This document shows positions 53,027 through 63,216 of a stretch of 64,000 nt of DNA, one piece after another. A model generated the notes under the pieces. It was given only the letters and a program-made list of their open reading frames with translations, searched no databases and was not told where the DNA came from. The position numbers and the translations under genes are program-made. The DNA comes from Cyanobacteriota bacterium (lineage in GTDB: Bacteria; Cyanobacteriota; Cyanobacteriia; Thermostichales; Thermostichaceae): NCBI GenBank assembly GCA_033764955.1, contig JANRIL010000005.1, positions 32,001-96,000 of the forward strand. Direction: 5' to 3'. The stretch's first letter is position 1. Every line of letters starts with the position of its first letter.

Positions 53027-53047
53027 TTATAGTAGTTTTAACTATAA
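53027..53047. promoter_or_regulatory. Candidate NrtR box upstream of pncB
   Basis: TTATA-GT-AGTTTTA-AC-TATAA, perfect 7-bp arms with GT-N7-AC core. Confidence 0.75.
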
Positions 53048-53081
53048 GCTGGGATTACCTTCTGGATAAGGATGTGGTTGT

Positions 53082-54428
53082 ATGTTGACGCCCGAATTAT
53101 CGTTAGCCCCTCAAGACTATGGATTGCTAACGGATCTCTATCAGTTGACGATGGCGGCTTGTTATGTCGGGGAGCAAGTGGAGCAACAGCCCGCTGCCTT
53201 TGAGCTGTTTGTCCGGCGATTGCCTGCTGATTACGGCTATCTGATGGCGATGGGATTGACTCAGGCGGTGGAATACCTGCAAAATCTCTCCTTTACTGCT
53301 GAGCAGGTGAAGGCGCTGCAAGCCAGTGGTGTGTTTGTGGATGCTCCCGAACGGTTTTGGTCACTCTTGGAAAACTGCCGTTTCACGGGAGATCTCTGGG
53401 CGGTGGCGGAGGGGACAGCCATATTTGCCAACGAGCCACTGTTGCGGATCGAAGCCCCGCTCTGGCAGGCACAACTGGTAGAAACCTACCTGCTCTCTAC
53501 CCTCAACTACCAAACCCTGATCGCCACTAAGTCGGCTCGGATGCGTGATGCTGCTGGCGAATCAGCCGTTTTACTGGAATTTGGCACACGGCGAGCCTTT
53601 GGCCCACATGCCGGCATGTGGGCGGCGCGTGCCGCTCTGGCAGCGGGGTTTGATGCCACCTCCAATGTCTTAGCAGCCTTAAAGTTGGGGCGCAAACCTG
53701 CCGGGACGATGGCTCATTCTTTGGTAATGGCACTAGCGGCTCTTTCCGGCGATGAAGAAAGCGCCTTTCAATCCTTCCGACGTTATTTCCCTCAGTCCGC
53801 CCTCCTGATCGACACCTATGATCCCATTCAAGGGGCACGCACCGCAGCCCAACTGATGCACCGCGATCTGCATGAGTCCAGCAGCGATGGGGAAATGGGG
53901 GGGGTACGGATTGATTCCGGCAATCTGGAACAACTTTCACGACAGGTTCAGGAAATTTTGCCCCAGGGATCCCCGATTTTTGTGAGTGGCGATCTGGATG
54001 AATACGAAATTCAACGATTGCAGCAATCGCAAGCCCCGATTGCCGGATATGGCGTGGGCACACGACTGGTCACCGGTGGCTGCATTAACGGTGTCTATAA
54101 ATTGGTGGAAATTAACGGCATTCCCGTGGCCAAGGGTTCGATTGCCAAAGCTACTATTCCTGGACGCAAACAGATTTTTCGCGGATCCGATCACGACTAT
54201 CTGGGCAGCGCCAACGAGGATCCCCCCCCGCACACCAGCCCCCTCCTGCAACCGATCTTGCAACAGGGAGTCTTGCTCAATCCCCTACCCTCCCTGGAAG
54301 CGATCGCTCAGCAGACTCGCACCTCCCTGCACCAACTGCCCCTCTCAATCCGCCAATTACGGGATCCCAACCCCTGGCCTGTTCACCTCACCCCCACCCT
54401 ACAATCCCTCAAGCCCAAAAATGCTTAG
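53082..54428 (+). CDS. pncB: Nicotinate phosphoribosyltransferase
   Basis: LLTDLYQLTM, EFGTRRA, GTMAHS, LIDTYD, VRIDSG, GVYKLV. Confidence 0.93.
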   Translation: MLTPELSLAPQDYGLLTDLYQLTMAACYVGEQVEQQPAAFELFVRRLPADYGYLMAMGLTQAVEYLQNLSFTAEQVKALQASGVFVDAPERFWSLLENCRFTGDLWAVAEGTAIFANEPLLRIEAPLWQAQLVETYLLSTLNYQTLIATKSARMRDAAGESAVLLEFGTRRAFGPHAGMWAARAALAAGFDATSNVLAALKLGRKPAGTMAHSLVMALAALSGDEESAFQSFRRYFPQSALLIDTYDPIQGARTAAQLMHRDLHESSSDGEMGGVRIDSGNLEQLSRQVQEILPQGSPIFVSGDLDEYEIQRLQQSQAPIAGYGVGTRLVTGGCINGVYKLVEINGIPVAKGSIAKATIPGRKQIFRGSDHDYLGSANEDPPPHTSPLLQPILQQGVLLNPLPSLEAIAQQTRTSLHQLPLSIRQLRDPNPWPVHLTPTLQSLKPKNA

Positions 54429-54481
54429 GGGGGATCCCAGCGGCACTCATCCCTGCCAGCCCTCCGACTAGAGGGGACTTT

Positions 54482-55036
54482 TCACGGATGACTTTTTGTG
54501 AAGACAAAGGTTTGCTCCCTACACACTTCTCCTCGAAACAGGACGGTTTCTTCCCTGAGGAGGGTCATACCCACGGCCTCCAGTAGACGAATCGATCGAT
54601 GATGGCGGCTGTCGGTGATCCCTAGGATGGTTTGAACCCCGCCGGAAGCAAACAGATGGGTCATTAAGCTTCCTAGAGCTTCTCTGGCATAACCGTGACC
54701 CTGAGCTTGTCTAGCTAAAGTAAAGCCTACCTCTACTCGGTTGGGTTGTTCTGCCCAGAAGTGAATACCGATATCCCCCAGCAATAGGTTGGAGAATCGG
54801 TCAGCTATAGCGATTTGAAACCATTCCCCTAACTTAGCGATGCTGCCGGTCTGCATTTCACGAATGAATGCCTGTCCTTCTTCCCTAGCAAGCGGAAACC
54901 AACTTTGGTAACGTCCTATTTCGGGATCCTGACGATAAGCCAAGAATACTTCTAGATCAGAATCAGCAAATCGCCGTAAAGTGAGCCGTTGAGTAGAGAA
55001 AGGCAGAAAATCATCAGATAGTACAAGGTTTTTCAT
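54482..55036 (-). CDS. RimJ/RimL-type GNAT
   Basis: T.RL.LRRF, EVGFTL, QGHGYA, SIRLLE.VGM. Confidence 0.85.
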   Translation of the reverse strand: MKNLVLSDDFLPFSTQRLTLRRFADSDLEVFLAYRQDPEIGRYQSWFPLAREEGQAFIREMQTGSIAKLGEWFQIAIADRFSNLLLGDIGIHFWAEQPNRVEVGFTLARQAQGHGYAREALGSLMTHLFASGGVQTILGITDSRHHRSIRLLEAVGMTLLREETVLFRGEVCREQTFVFTKSHP

Positions 55037-55066
55037 TCCTGGAATGTTGAGCTATACCATACAGGT

Positions 55067-55663
55067 ATGCTAATCACGGTTGCCGGTTTTAAGGGAGGAG
55101 TGGCGAAAACCACCACCGCCATCCATCTGGCTTGTTATCTCAGCCAGAGGGGTTCTACGCTGTTGATTGATGCGGATCCCAATCGTTCCGCCCTCAGTTG
55201 GAGTCAACGGGGAGAAGGATTGCCCTTTCTGGTTTTGGATGAAGAAGCGGCGGTTGGCAAGATTGCTACCCATCGTCATACGGTGATTGATACGCAAGCC
55301 CGCCCCAGCCCGGATGAGTTAGAAGATTTATCCACCCACTGTGATCTTTTAGTTTTGCCCTGCACCCCCGATGCCCTCGCTTTGGATGCGCTCCTGCTCA
55401 CGGTCGAGGCTCTTAAGCCTTGGGGATCCGGTCGCTATCGGGTGTTGTTGTCGATTGTTCCCCCTTGGCCGAGTGGCGATGGAGCGGAAGCCCGTACCTT
55501 TCTCAAGCAAGCCGGGATCCCGACCTTTCGGGGGATGGTTCGACGGTTTTCGGTCTATCAAAAGGCGGCTCTGCTAGGCTTGCCTGTGTATGCAGTGCCG
55601 GATCCGAAAGCCAAAGTCGCTTGGAGTGACTACCTCTCGATTGGTCAGGAGTTAGGGCTATGA
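55067..55663 (+). CDS. Short ParA/ParF-type ATPase
   Basis: FKGGVAKTT deviant Walker A, IDADPN, IDT. Confidence 0.88.
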   Translation: MLITVAGFKGGVAKTTTAIHLACYLSQRGSTLLIDADPNRSALSWSQRGEGLPFLVLDEEAAVGKIATHRHTVIDTQARPSPDELEDLSTHCDLLVLPCTPDALALDALLLTVEALKPWGSGRYRVLLSIVPPWPSGDGAEARTFLKQAGIPTFRGMVRRFSVYQKAALLGLPVYAVPDPKAKVAWSDYLSIGQELGL

Positions 55664-56085
55664 GCAAATTTGCCAAACTGTTTCGCGCCTCTGCCGATCC
55701 TCCAGATGCAGAGCCTCCACCACTGCCTAACCCTATCCAACAACCTCCGCCCCCCCTCCCTCCTGTCAGAAAAGCCAAGGATCCCGTCCCCCCCAACCCC
55801 AAAGGGATCCCTCCCAAAAAAGTCAGCGCCCAAGCTTACAAAGTTACCAAGAAAATCGGCGGCGAAGCGGATCGGGATCCGGTTGAGTCCCTCGTCACCA
55901 GCCTGCACCGCACCGCTTATCCAGAAGATCAAGTTTGGGATGGCGACATGGATGAGCGAGTCACCACCTCAGTCCGCCGCGTTACCTATCAACTGGTGAA
56001 GATAAAACTGTTGCAGGAAGGCTCTGACCTGGAATTTGCTGAGCTAATTGAATATTTATTGCGAGCATGGCTGACTCAACCTTGA
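55660..56085 (+). CDS. ParA partner with Pro-rich N-terminus and RHH-like C-terminus
   Basis: ATGA overlap with the ParA gene; V...TY..VKIKL...EF.ELIE.LL..WL tail. Confidence 0.55.
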   Translation: MSKFAKLFRASADPPDAEPPPLPNPIQQPPPPLPPVRKAKDPVPPNPKGIPPKKVSAQAYKVTKKIGGEADRDPVESLVTSLHRTAYPEDQVWDGDMDERVTTSVRRVTYQLVKIKLLQEGSDLEFAELIEYLLRAWLTQP

Positions 56086-56145
56086 AAACAGAAGGAGCCA
56101 AGCCCCATGATCACCCTCCTGACCCATTGGGGGCGGTCTTTTGGA

Positions 56146-56331
56146 CTATTCTGGCTGCCCTGTGCTGTCAGTAATGCAGTGAATCTGATGCATGCCATCC
56201 AACGCCAGGGATCCACTTCCCTGATCCTGTTGTTGGGATAGCTGGCGTGCTGTTGTTGCTGATTTGTCTGATTCCAGGAATTTGGGGATGGTGTTGGCTG
56301 CCGCCGCTACTGGATGTGGACAGGATCCCAA
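56146..56331 (-). pseudogene. Possible decayed C-terminus of an agmatine deiminase
   Basis: PKF...IHCIT motif near the stop; rest degenerate. Confidence 0.3.
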
Positions 56332-56432
56332 CGCTGCTCGCTCTGGTTGACGATAGGCTGCTTCAGGATCCCAAACAAAACAACACCGATGGCGTTAGAT
56401 TTTGGGTATTTAGCTGTGTAAAATTTATACGG

Positions 56433-58019
56433 TTATCGCTGGTGGATTTGCTTTGTCAAATCCCTCACAGTAGTCCAAAATTTATATAGATTTTCTAGCT
56501 CGGGTTCCTGGGGAGCTAATTGCCTCACTTGATGTAACAGGTCGCAGGCTTCAGCTCTACGCCCTTCCAACCACAGTTTGCTTGCAACATTCAGGATCCT
56601 GCATGCACGGATCACATTCCCCCCTTCTTCAACCTGTTCTTTCAATTGCTCGTCATAAAGACCCACTATCTGTAATCGTTCAATACTGGTGTTCAGAATC
56701 TCCGCCTTCGCTTCAATATCAGTTACGTGCTTCTTTGGGTTTGGTTCACCAAAAGAGAAGCGGGGCCATAGGTGATCCGCAGTGATGTTTGCATGGTACC
56801 TAAGGACAAACTTAACAACTTTACTAGAGGCTTCAACTAGCAACTCTCTGTCCTGATGAATGCATTCTTCACCGCACATTTGATAAAAAGCCTTAGCTAG
56901 GTGGTGCACACGAATAACACTTTCGAGGGAGGTCATATCCCCATCTAGTGTGTTTCTGAGGCGTGCTTTAATCCTTTCTTTCACAAAATCTCGTTGACTA
57001 GGTATTTCTGCAAGTTTCAGATACCTGTCGATTTCAGTTGGCAGCTCACAGTAATTAGAGATGTAGTCAAAGTAATCAAAAAGAAGCTCGAGTTGTTTAA
57101 GGCTGTTGGAACTCAAAACATTAAGAATACTCGCGAGTCGGTCGTAGCATTGCTGGAATGAGGGTCGCTTATCTGGGTCAGCAGCAAGCATTGCTTTCGC
57201 CAGTAGCACCAGTTCTTGAGCTTGAGGATTCTGCGAGGGAGAAAAATGCCGTTCCCCGTCAATCGACCATTTCTTCAGCTTGGATCCCCTCCACTTCCAC
57301 ACTTTCGTTGCCGAGTTTTTTGTTGCGGGATGGTAGCCCTGAAATAGCTCTGCAATCACAACACCTACTGCAAACACATCAGGTGCGAATGTTTTATAGG
57401 GGCTGGGATCATACTGTTCAGGAGCCTTGTAAGCATTAGTGCCACCCAGATGGTTATCGCTCCATGCATTTGCCACTCCAAAGTCTGCGATCCGAACTGA
57501 ATACCTCAACGAAAGATCAACGTGAGAAGGTGGAAAATCGCAGAATTTCTTACTCAAATCTATGTACAGTAGGTTCTCGGGTTTTATATCCTGATGGTGA
57601 ACCATACCGCGCCTGTTCGCAACTATCATTCCCTTCACTATCTGCAACGATAGGCAGACTACACTTGTCAGGCTTAGCTTCTTACTTTCCAACTCACTGC
57701 TTATTAACTTCCTGAGATCACCATCACAATATGGCATGCAGATAAGTGGAATACCATCCCAAGTTTCGGTGAAGTATGGATTGATAACAAGTGGGTGCCC
57801 TGCAAAGCTAAACCAGTTTCTAGCCTCACGGTCAATCCGTTCAGTGTCAATGGAAAGGTTGCTTTCGAGTTCCTGGATCGTCTTGTATGCAATATACTTG
57901 GGGTGAGCGTCCTGTTCGATGATGTAGACCAATCCGCCTCTTCCTTTTCGACGGTCAACGATCTTACCTTTGAAGACTCTTGTCTCTAGCAACTCCCGAG
58001 TATGTTCATTCCAGGACAT
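56433..58019 (-). CDS. Stand-alone Hanks-type Ser/Thr kinase of foreign composition
   Basis: G.GG.VY, AYK, HQDIKPEN, DFG, APE; helical C-terminal half. Confidence 0.85.
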   Translation of the reverse strand: MSWNEHTRELLETRVFKGKIVDRRKGRGGLVYIIEQDAHPKYIAYKTIQELESNLSIDTERIDREARNWFSFAGHPLVINPYFTETWDGIPLICMPYCDGDLRKLISSELESKKLSLTSVVCLSLQIVKGMIVANRRGMVHHQDIKPENLLYIDLSKKFCDFPPSHVDLSLRYSVRIADFGVANAWSDNHLGGTNAYKAPEQYDPSPYKTFAPDVFAVGVVIAELFQGYHPATKNSATKVWKWRGSKLKKWSIDGERHFSPSQNPQAQELVLLAKAMLAADPDKRPSFQQCYDRLASILNVLSSNSLKQLELLFDYFDYISNYCELPTEIDRYLKLAEIPSQRDFVKERIKARLRNTLDGDMTSLESVIRVHHLAKAFYQMCGEECIHQDRELLVEASSKVVKFVLRYHANITADHLWPRFSFGEPNPKKHVTDIEAKAEILNTSIERLQIVGLYDEQLKEQVEEGGNVIRACRILNVASKLWLEGRRAEACDLLHQVRQLAPQEPELENLYKFWTTVRDLTKQIHQR

Positions 58020-58170
58020 GCACTAATTCCTCTTGATTTCACATGAATGTAGATCGACGGTTTGAGTGGAGAGATTTGGTCTGTAATAAATACATAGCTA
58101 GGCATTATACAGAAAGCATGAAGATATATAGCAATCTTATGAAAGTCGTGAGAGAAAAGATCTTCCAGGA

Positions 58171-58220
58171 ATCCCCCTGGCCTATCAGCACCCCCCTTGG
58201 TAAGGGGGGCTTGGGGGGAT
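58171..58220. repeat. Cyanobacterial C6TT...AAG6 palindromic short dispersed repeat
   Basis: ATCCCCC...CCCCCCTT-GGT-AAGGGGGG...GGGGGGAT nested inverted repeat. Confidence 0.6.
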
Positions 58221-58566
58221 CGGTTTTCACAAATTACCTAAGCTTGCTATAGTTGACTTACTTAACGATAAGAATAGCAAAGGCTCTACAAAGCTCTTCA
58301 AACATGGGGTTTTACTAGATTTAGACGTCTCATTCTTACCTGAATCAACCATAACTACAGTAACATTATATTGATTATCGAACCTTCCTAGATATAACCC
58401 TTGAGAGCCAAACTATCAAGCAGTTATCTGGGTATTCCCTGCTAAGAAGACTTTATGGAGAAAGCCAGCCATATCCTCAATCCATCTCTCAAAAATAGAG
58501 TAGGTTGATGTGGGTGTTGCTTTAGACACCCAACTTCTGGCTCAGGCGGCAAGCTAAGGGATCCCC

Positions 58567-58971
58567 TCAAATGGACTGGCGCTTACGGAGATTACTTTCC
58601 CATTCCTGCAACTGTTCTTGACGGGCTTCTACCTCGGCTTCACGGCGGCTTAATTCTTGGCTTTGGCGGGTTAGGGACTGCCGCCATCGCTCGATCTCCG
58701 ACATATCCAACATTCGTTCGCTGGCTTGGGAGAGGGTATGCAGGATTTCCACCAATTTTTGCGAGGCTTCTTCGATATGCAGGATATGGCGATCATCACT
58801 CAGCTCCAGCAGCAATAAAACCCCTACGTTATAGCCACTGGCTTCACTGGAACTGACGGACTCCTGGGTTTTGGACGGGATCCATACTTGATCATGGGTG
58901 CGATGAGCCAAAAGTTGTAACTCAGCCTGACCAAACAGACCTTTTCTTTGCACTTTGGCGAGATACAGCAT
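58567..58971 (-). CDS. Short protein resembling the HmpF N-terminal region
   Basis: MLYLAKVQ...L.LLA...W and EIE.W.QSLT.Q.QEL.RR motifs. Confidence 0.65.
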   Translation of the reverse strand: MLYLAKVQRKGLFGQAELQLLAHRTHDQVWIPSKTQESVSSSEASGYNVGVLLLLELSDDRHILHIEEASQKLVEILHTLSQASERMLDMSEIERWRQSLTRQSQELSRREAEVEARQEQLQEWESNLRKRQSI

Positions 58972-59070
58972 GGATCCCACAGGGGGCGAAATAATGTTTG
59001 GCTGCTTCTCATCTTAAGGGTTTTTGTCTGACCTACAGAAATTAGCCGCAAAAATCCTCAGCAGTTGCCC

Positions 59071-60180
59071 TTAGCGATAGCCAGCAGCCCGTTGGTAGCG
59101 CATCCCTGCTAATTGCTCAATCCAACCCTCTAATTCCATCATCAACAACTCGCTAGCGAGGGTGCTGATATCCAGTTGGGTTGTCTGAGCCAGAGTATCT
59201 AGGGGAATCGGATCTCTGGTGAGGGCTTGCCAGATCATCGCTTGGTGAGGGCTAAAGGAGGGCATGGTGGTTGGGGAGGAAACCTGGAGAGGGGATCCCA
59301 GTTGGTGGAGGAGTTCTTCAATACCGAGAATCATACTGGCTCCTGTTTGAATTAAATTCAAGCAGCCACGGGCTTCGGGAACATCAATATTGCCGGGTAG
59401 CACCATGACATCTCGGCCATAATCATTGGCAAGGTAAGCCGTAATCAAAGCACCCGATTTAGCGGGAGCCTCCATCACCAGGGTGGTTTGGCAAAGTCCG
59501 GCAATAATGCGATTACGGCGAGGAAAGTTTTCTTTGGCGGGCTGGGTGCCGGGAGGAAATTCACTGAGGATCGCCCCTTGCTTTTGAATCTGCTGATAAA
59601 GTTGGCGATGCTGAGCAGGGTAGACAACATCCACGCCTGTGCCTACGACAGCTAAAGTGGTTCCCCCCGCCTGTAGACAGGCTTGGTGGGCAATACCATC
59701 GATACCAGCGGCTAATCCTGACACCACCACAAAACCCGCTTCCCCCAATACCGAAGCAATTTTTTCCGTCCAGCGACGGCCATAAGGGGTCGGGGAACGG
59801 GTACCGACAATCGCCACCGATGGTTGCCAACGGGGGGTTTCTCCCCAGACATAAATAATTGGAGGGGGATCCGGAAGCTCCCACAACAGATCGGGATAGT
59901 CCGCATCCGCAGGGGTCAAAAATGGGATCCCTGGACGCATCACTTGCCCCAAAATTTGATCTGGGTCTAGCTGTTGTCGCTCCTCTTGAATGGTAATGCT
60001 TAACTGCAATCCAATTCCTTCTACGGTCATTAAGGCAGCACCATCAGCAAGCCATGCCCGCTCCAAAGAACCAAACTCCTGAAACAAGCGTTTTAAGCGA
60101 TGGGGGCCAATACCTTTAATCTGGTGCCAAGCCAGCCAGTAGGGGCGATCCGAGGTTGGGCGGACAAGTTCTTTCACCAC
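59071..60180 (-). CDS. dprA: DNA-processing protein DprA
   Basis: VAIVGTR, VSGLAAGID, FPRRNRIIAG, SGALIT. Confidence 0.95.
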   Translation of the reverse strand: MVKELVRPTSDRPYWLAWHQIKGIGPHRLKRLFQEFGSLERAWLADGAALMTVEGIGLQLSITIQEERQQLDPDQILGQVMRPGIPFLTPADADYPDLLWELPDPPPIIYVWGETPRWQPSVAIVGTRSPTPYGRRWTEKIASVLGEAGFVVVSGLAAGIDGIAHQACLQAGGTTLAVVGTGVDVVYPAQHRQLYQQIQKQGAILSEFPPGTQPAKENFPRRNRIIAGLCQTTLVMEAPAKSGALITAYLANDYGRDVMVLPGNIDVPEARGCLNLIQTGASMILGIEELLHQLGSPLQVSSPTTMPSFSPHQAMIWQALTRDPIPLDTLAQTTQLDISTLASELLMMELEGWIEQLAGMRYQRAAGYR

Positions 60181-61079
60181 AGATCCCTGCCAGAGAGGGT
60201 GATTTTAGTGTGGCGGAGATTCGTCAAACAAGCAACCTAAACCGAATAGAACCATCAGAAAATGGGATCCCGTCATAAAGTTTGTGGTTGGCTAAAAGCA
60301 GAAGCCATAGAGTTCTTCAATATAAGAATAAATCAGTTAGTTATCTACAATCTATAGCTTTCTCTGGTCAACAATAATATTATTTGATTAGACTTTCAGT
60401 CTTTATCTAGATTAAGTGCTTTGACCTAATTTAACAATTAACCAGAAAGATACTTACTCATTGCTTATAGAATTAAATGGCTTCATAATTTATATTACTG
60501 ATTTGTTTATTTTTATTTATCCATTCAAGAAATAAATATGAAGATTAACCAATGAAAACTAGACTAATTTTGGATAGTACAAATTCAGAATTATAGAAGA
60601 TCTAAAAACAAAAAATACTCAGTCTACTCGGCCTGAAGTCTTTTTGGGAAAAGATTTTAGAGTATTTCTTACATTAGATTAATTAATAAAAACAAACTTC
60701 TTAAAATTATTTATTTCTAAAGTTTTGATTTGCTTTGCCTGCAAAATAAATGGATAAGATAATTTCGGGTTCATTTTTTTGAAAACAAAAATGAAAATCT
60801 ACTCTGAGGACTCTTGAATACCTTTGTTTGAGATCAGCTTGAGACCAGAAGCATTGAAAACAAATCATTAATAATCTTGATATCTTATTGGCGATCTGCC
60901 AGATCTAAGCCTAGACTGGGGTCAGAGGCTTTCTTCCCAAAAATGTATCCAGAAGCTCCATTTGTTGAAACCAGATTATGCATTCCCAAATGGGCAAAAA
61001 CTTGATTGACGGATAAACATAGGTGGTGTTTGATAGAGTCCATAGTTGTACTAGTCCACCACTTGTAGGCCATCGTTCC

Positions 61080-61601
61080 ATGTCTCCTCAGCTTGAAGTT
61101 CCCGTCGCACCCAGAACCCAGAGCTTAGTCATTCAGGGGGTTTTGCAGCTTTATACCAACCCCAGCCGAGGGTCATTCACCTCGGTTATGGCTCAGGCTT
61201 TTCGGGTAGCCGGACAAGGTACACCCGTGCTGATCGTGCAGATCCTCAAAGGGGGCATCGAGCAGGGACCCCAACAGGGATTGCAACTGGGTAATGATCT
61301 GCGCTGGGTTCGTTGTGGGTTGCAGCGCTGTGTAGACACGCCCCACCTTGCTCCAGAAGAGGCTCAGGCGCTCGCAGAACTTTGGCAGTTTACCCGTGAT
61401 GCGGTTGCCTCCGGTCATTATGGGTTGGTGGTGTTAGACGAGCTGAGTTTAGCCCTTAAACTGGGGCTGATCCCAGAAAATGAAGTCCTCGATTTAGTCG
61501 ATAATCGGCCCATCTCGATGGATATGGTGATCACAGGTCCAGAGATGCCCGTCTCGTTGTTAGAACGAGCCGATTTGATTACCCAACTTAAGCAACGCTA
61601 G
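61080..61601 (+). CDS. Cob(I)yrinic acid adenosyltransferase-like P-loop protein
   Basis: QILKGG, LVVLDEL, ITG...P..LLERAD.IT; lacks the canonical GKGK. Confidence 0.75.
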   Translation: MSPQLEVPVAPRTQSLVIQGVLQLYTNPSRGSFTSVMAQAFRVAGQGTPVLIVQILKGGIEQGPQQGLQLGNDLRWVRCGLQRCVDTPHLAPEEAQALAELWQFTRDAVASGHYGLVVLDELSLALKLGLIPENEVLDLVDNRPISMDMVITGPEMPVSLLERADLITQLKQR

Positions 61602-61663
61602 CCCTTTCTCCAAGCTTGTCTCTCTAGGCTGTTAATCGCTGTTTCTCACTCATCTCGTCAATC

Positions 61664-62263
61664 ATGCTGAAAAACGACCGATGGATTATCGAGCAAGCTC
61701 GCCAGGGTATGATTGACCCCTTTGAGCCTCGTTTGATCCGCGCCGTCACGCCTCTGGAGGGGGGATCCCAGCGACCTGTTTTGAGCTTCGGTCTATCCTC
61801 CTACGGCTACGATATTCGGCTAGCCCCCACTGAGTTCAAAATTTTTCGTCATATCCCCGGCACGATTGTCAATCCCAAACGGTTTAACCCTAATAATTTA
61901 GAGGCGGTGGCACTGCACCACGATGAGGATGGAGATTATTTTATTATTCCGGCTCATTCCTATGGATTAGGCGTCGCCCTAGAACGGCTACAAATTCCTG
62001 CCAACATCACAGTAATTTGTATTGGCAAAAGTTCCTATGCACGGGTAGGTTTGATTGCTAATCTAACGCCTGCTGAAGCTGGCTGGCGAGGCTATTTGAC
62101 CCTAGAATTTTCCAATGCTTCCAGTGCCGATTGTCGGGTCTATGCGGGAGAGGGAGTCGTGCAACTGTTGTTTTTGGAAGGGGAGCCCTGCGATGTCACC
62201 TATGCCGATCGAGTAGGTAAATATCAAGATCAGCCTCAGCAGGTTGTGGTAGCAAGAGTGTAA
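61664..62263 (+). CDS. dcd: dCTP deaminase
   Basis: GLSSYGYD, GKSSYAR, TPAEAGW.G. Confidence 0.95.
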   Translation: MLKNDRWIIEQARQGMIDPFEPRLIRAVTPLEGGSQRPVLSFGLSSYGYDIRLAPTEFKIFRHIPGTIVNPKRFNPNNLEAVALHHDEDGDYFIIPAHSYGLGVALERLQIPANITVICIGKSSYARVGLIANLTPAEAGWRGYLTLEFSNASSADCRVYAGEGVVQLLFLEGEPCDVTYADRVGKYQDQPQQVVVARV

Positions 62264-62517
62264 ATGTCGGTGAGATGGGGGAATCAAGCAGAGAAAAAAA
62301 GATGGGATCCTATCCTTATTTTTACTTCACACCCTATCAAGCGGATATTCCTCAGGCATGACAGCAACTTCGTCAACAGGAATTTTGGTCAGGTCGCTAC
62401 GATCCGCCTGCCAATTTCTCGGATCCTCTGGCTTGGATGGTAAGTTTTGCCTTTCCTCCCGTCTCAACATCTCCGGCTCCAGGATCCCATCATTACTCGA
62501 TGGCTGAGGCCATTCAA

Positions 62518-63216
62518 TTAAGAAGTGGGCAAAAGAATTTCAATGCCATCGGAGGTGGCAATAATAGCTTGGTGCGCCATGCCAATAAACAGGCCATGTT
62601 CAATTACCCCCACCGTACCTTTGAGGGCATCAGCAATCTGGGCAGGATGAGCCATCGCCCCAAACTGACAATCTAAGATGTAGTGCTGTTCATCAGTAAT
62701 GAAGGGATCCCCTGCGGCGGTGAGGCGTAAGGTGGGCTGACATCCCAAAGCCGCCACTCGGTTGTAGGTACTTTTCCAACCAAAGCGAACGATCTCGACA
62801 GGCAGGGCAAAGCGGGTGCCCAATTGCTCCACTTTTTTGGAGGCATCGGCAATAATGATCAGGCGGTCGGCGCTGGCTTCCACCAATTTTTCCCGCAGCA
62901 ACGCCCCCCCTGCCCCCTTGATCAGGTTCAGGGATCCCAATTCAATTTCGTCGGCTCCATCAATCGCCAGATCCAGGTGGGGTTGTTCCTCTAGGGTGGC
63001 TAAGGGGATCCCTAGCGACTGGGCTTGCTCGGCGGTGCGGATGGAGGTGGGCACGCCCATCACGGTTATCCCCTCCTGCTGTATTCGTTCGGCAATCGCG
63101 CTGACCGCAAAAGCAGCCGTCGATCCGGTTCCTAGCCCCACTACCATACCCGACTGAACTTGATCGGCGGCGGCACGGGCGGCCATTTGTTTCAACTGAT
63201 CTTGAGAAAAGGACAT
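62518..63216 (-). CDS. rpiA: Ribose-5-phosphate isomerase A
   Basis: GLGTGST, DGADE, IKG.GGAL.REK. Confidence 0.96.
   Translation of the reverse strand: MSFSQDQLKQMAARAAADQVQSGMVVGLGTGSTAAFAVSAIAERIQQEGITVMGVPTSIRTAEQAQSLGIPLATLEEQPHLDLAIDGADEIELGSLNLIKGAGGALLREKLVEASADRLIIIADASKKVEQLGTRFALPVEIVRFGWKSTYNRVAALGCQPTLRLTAAGDPFITDEQHYILDCQFGAMAHPAQIADALKGTVGVIEHGLFIGMAHQAIIATSDGIEILLPTS

Noticed and set aside
56400..58110. Kinase as an integron cassette (GTTATCG at its stop, attI-like AT-rich words on both sides)
   Set aside because: No paired attC hairpin or matching R'' box found
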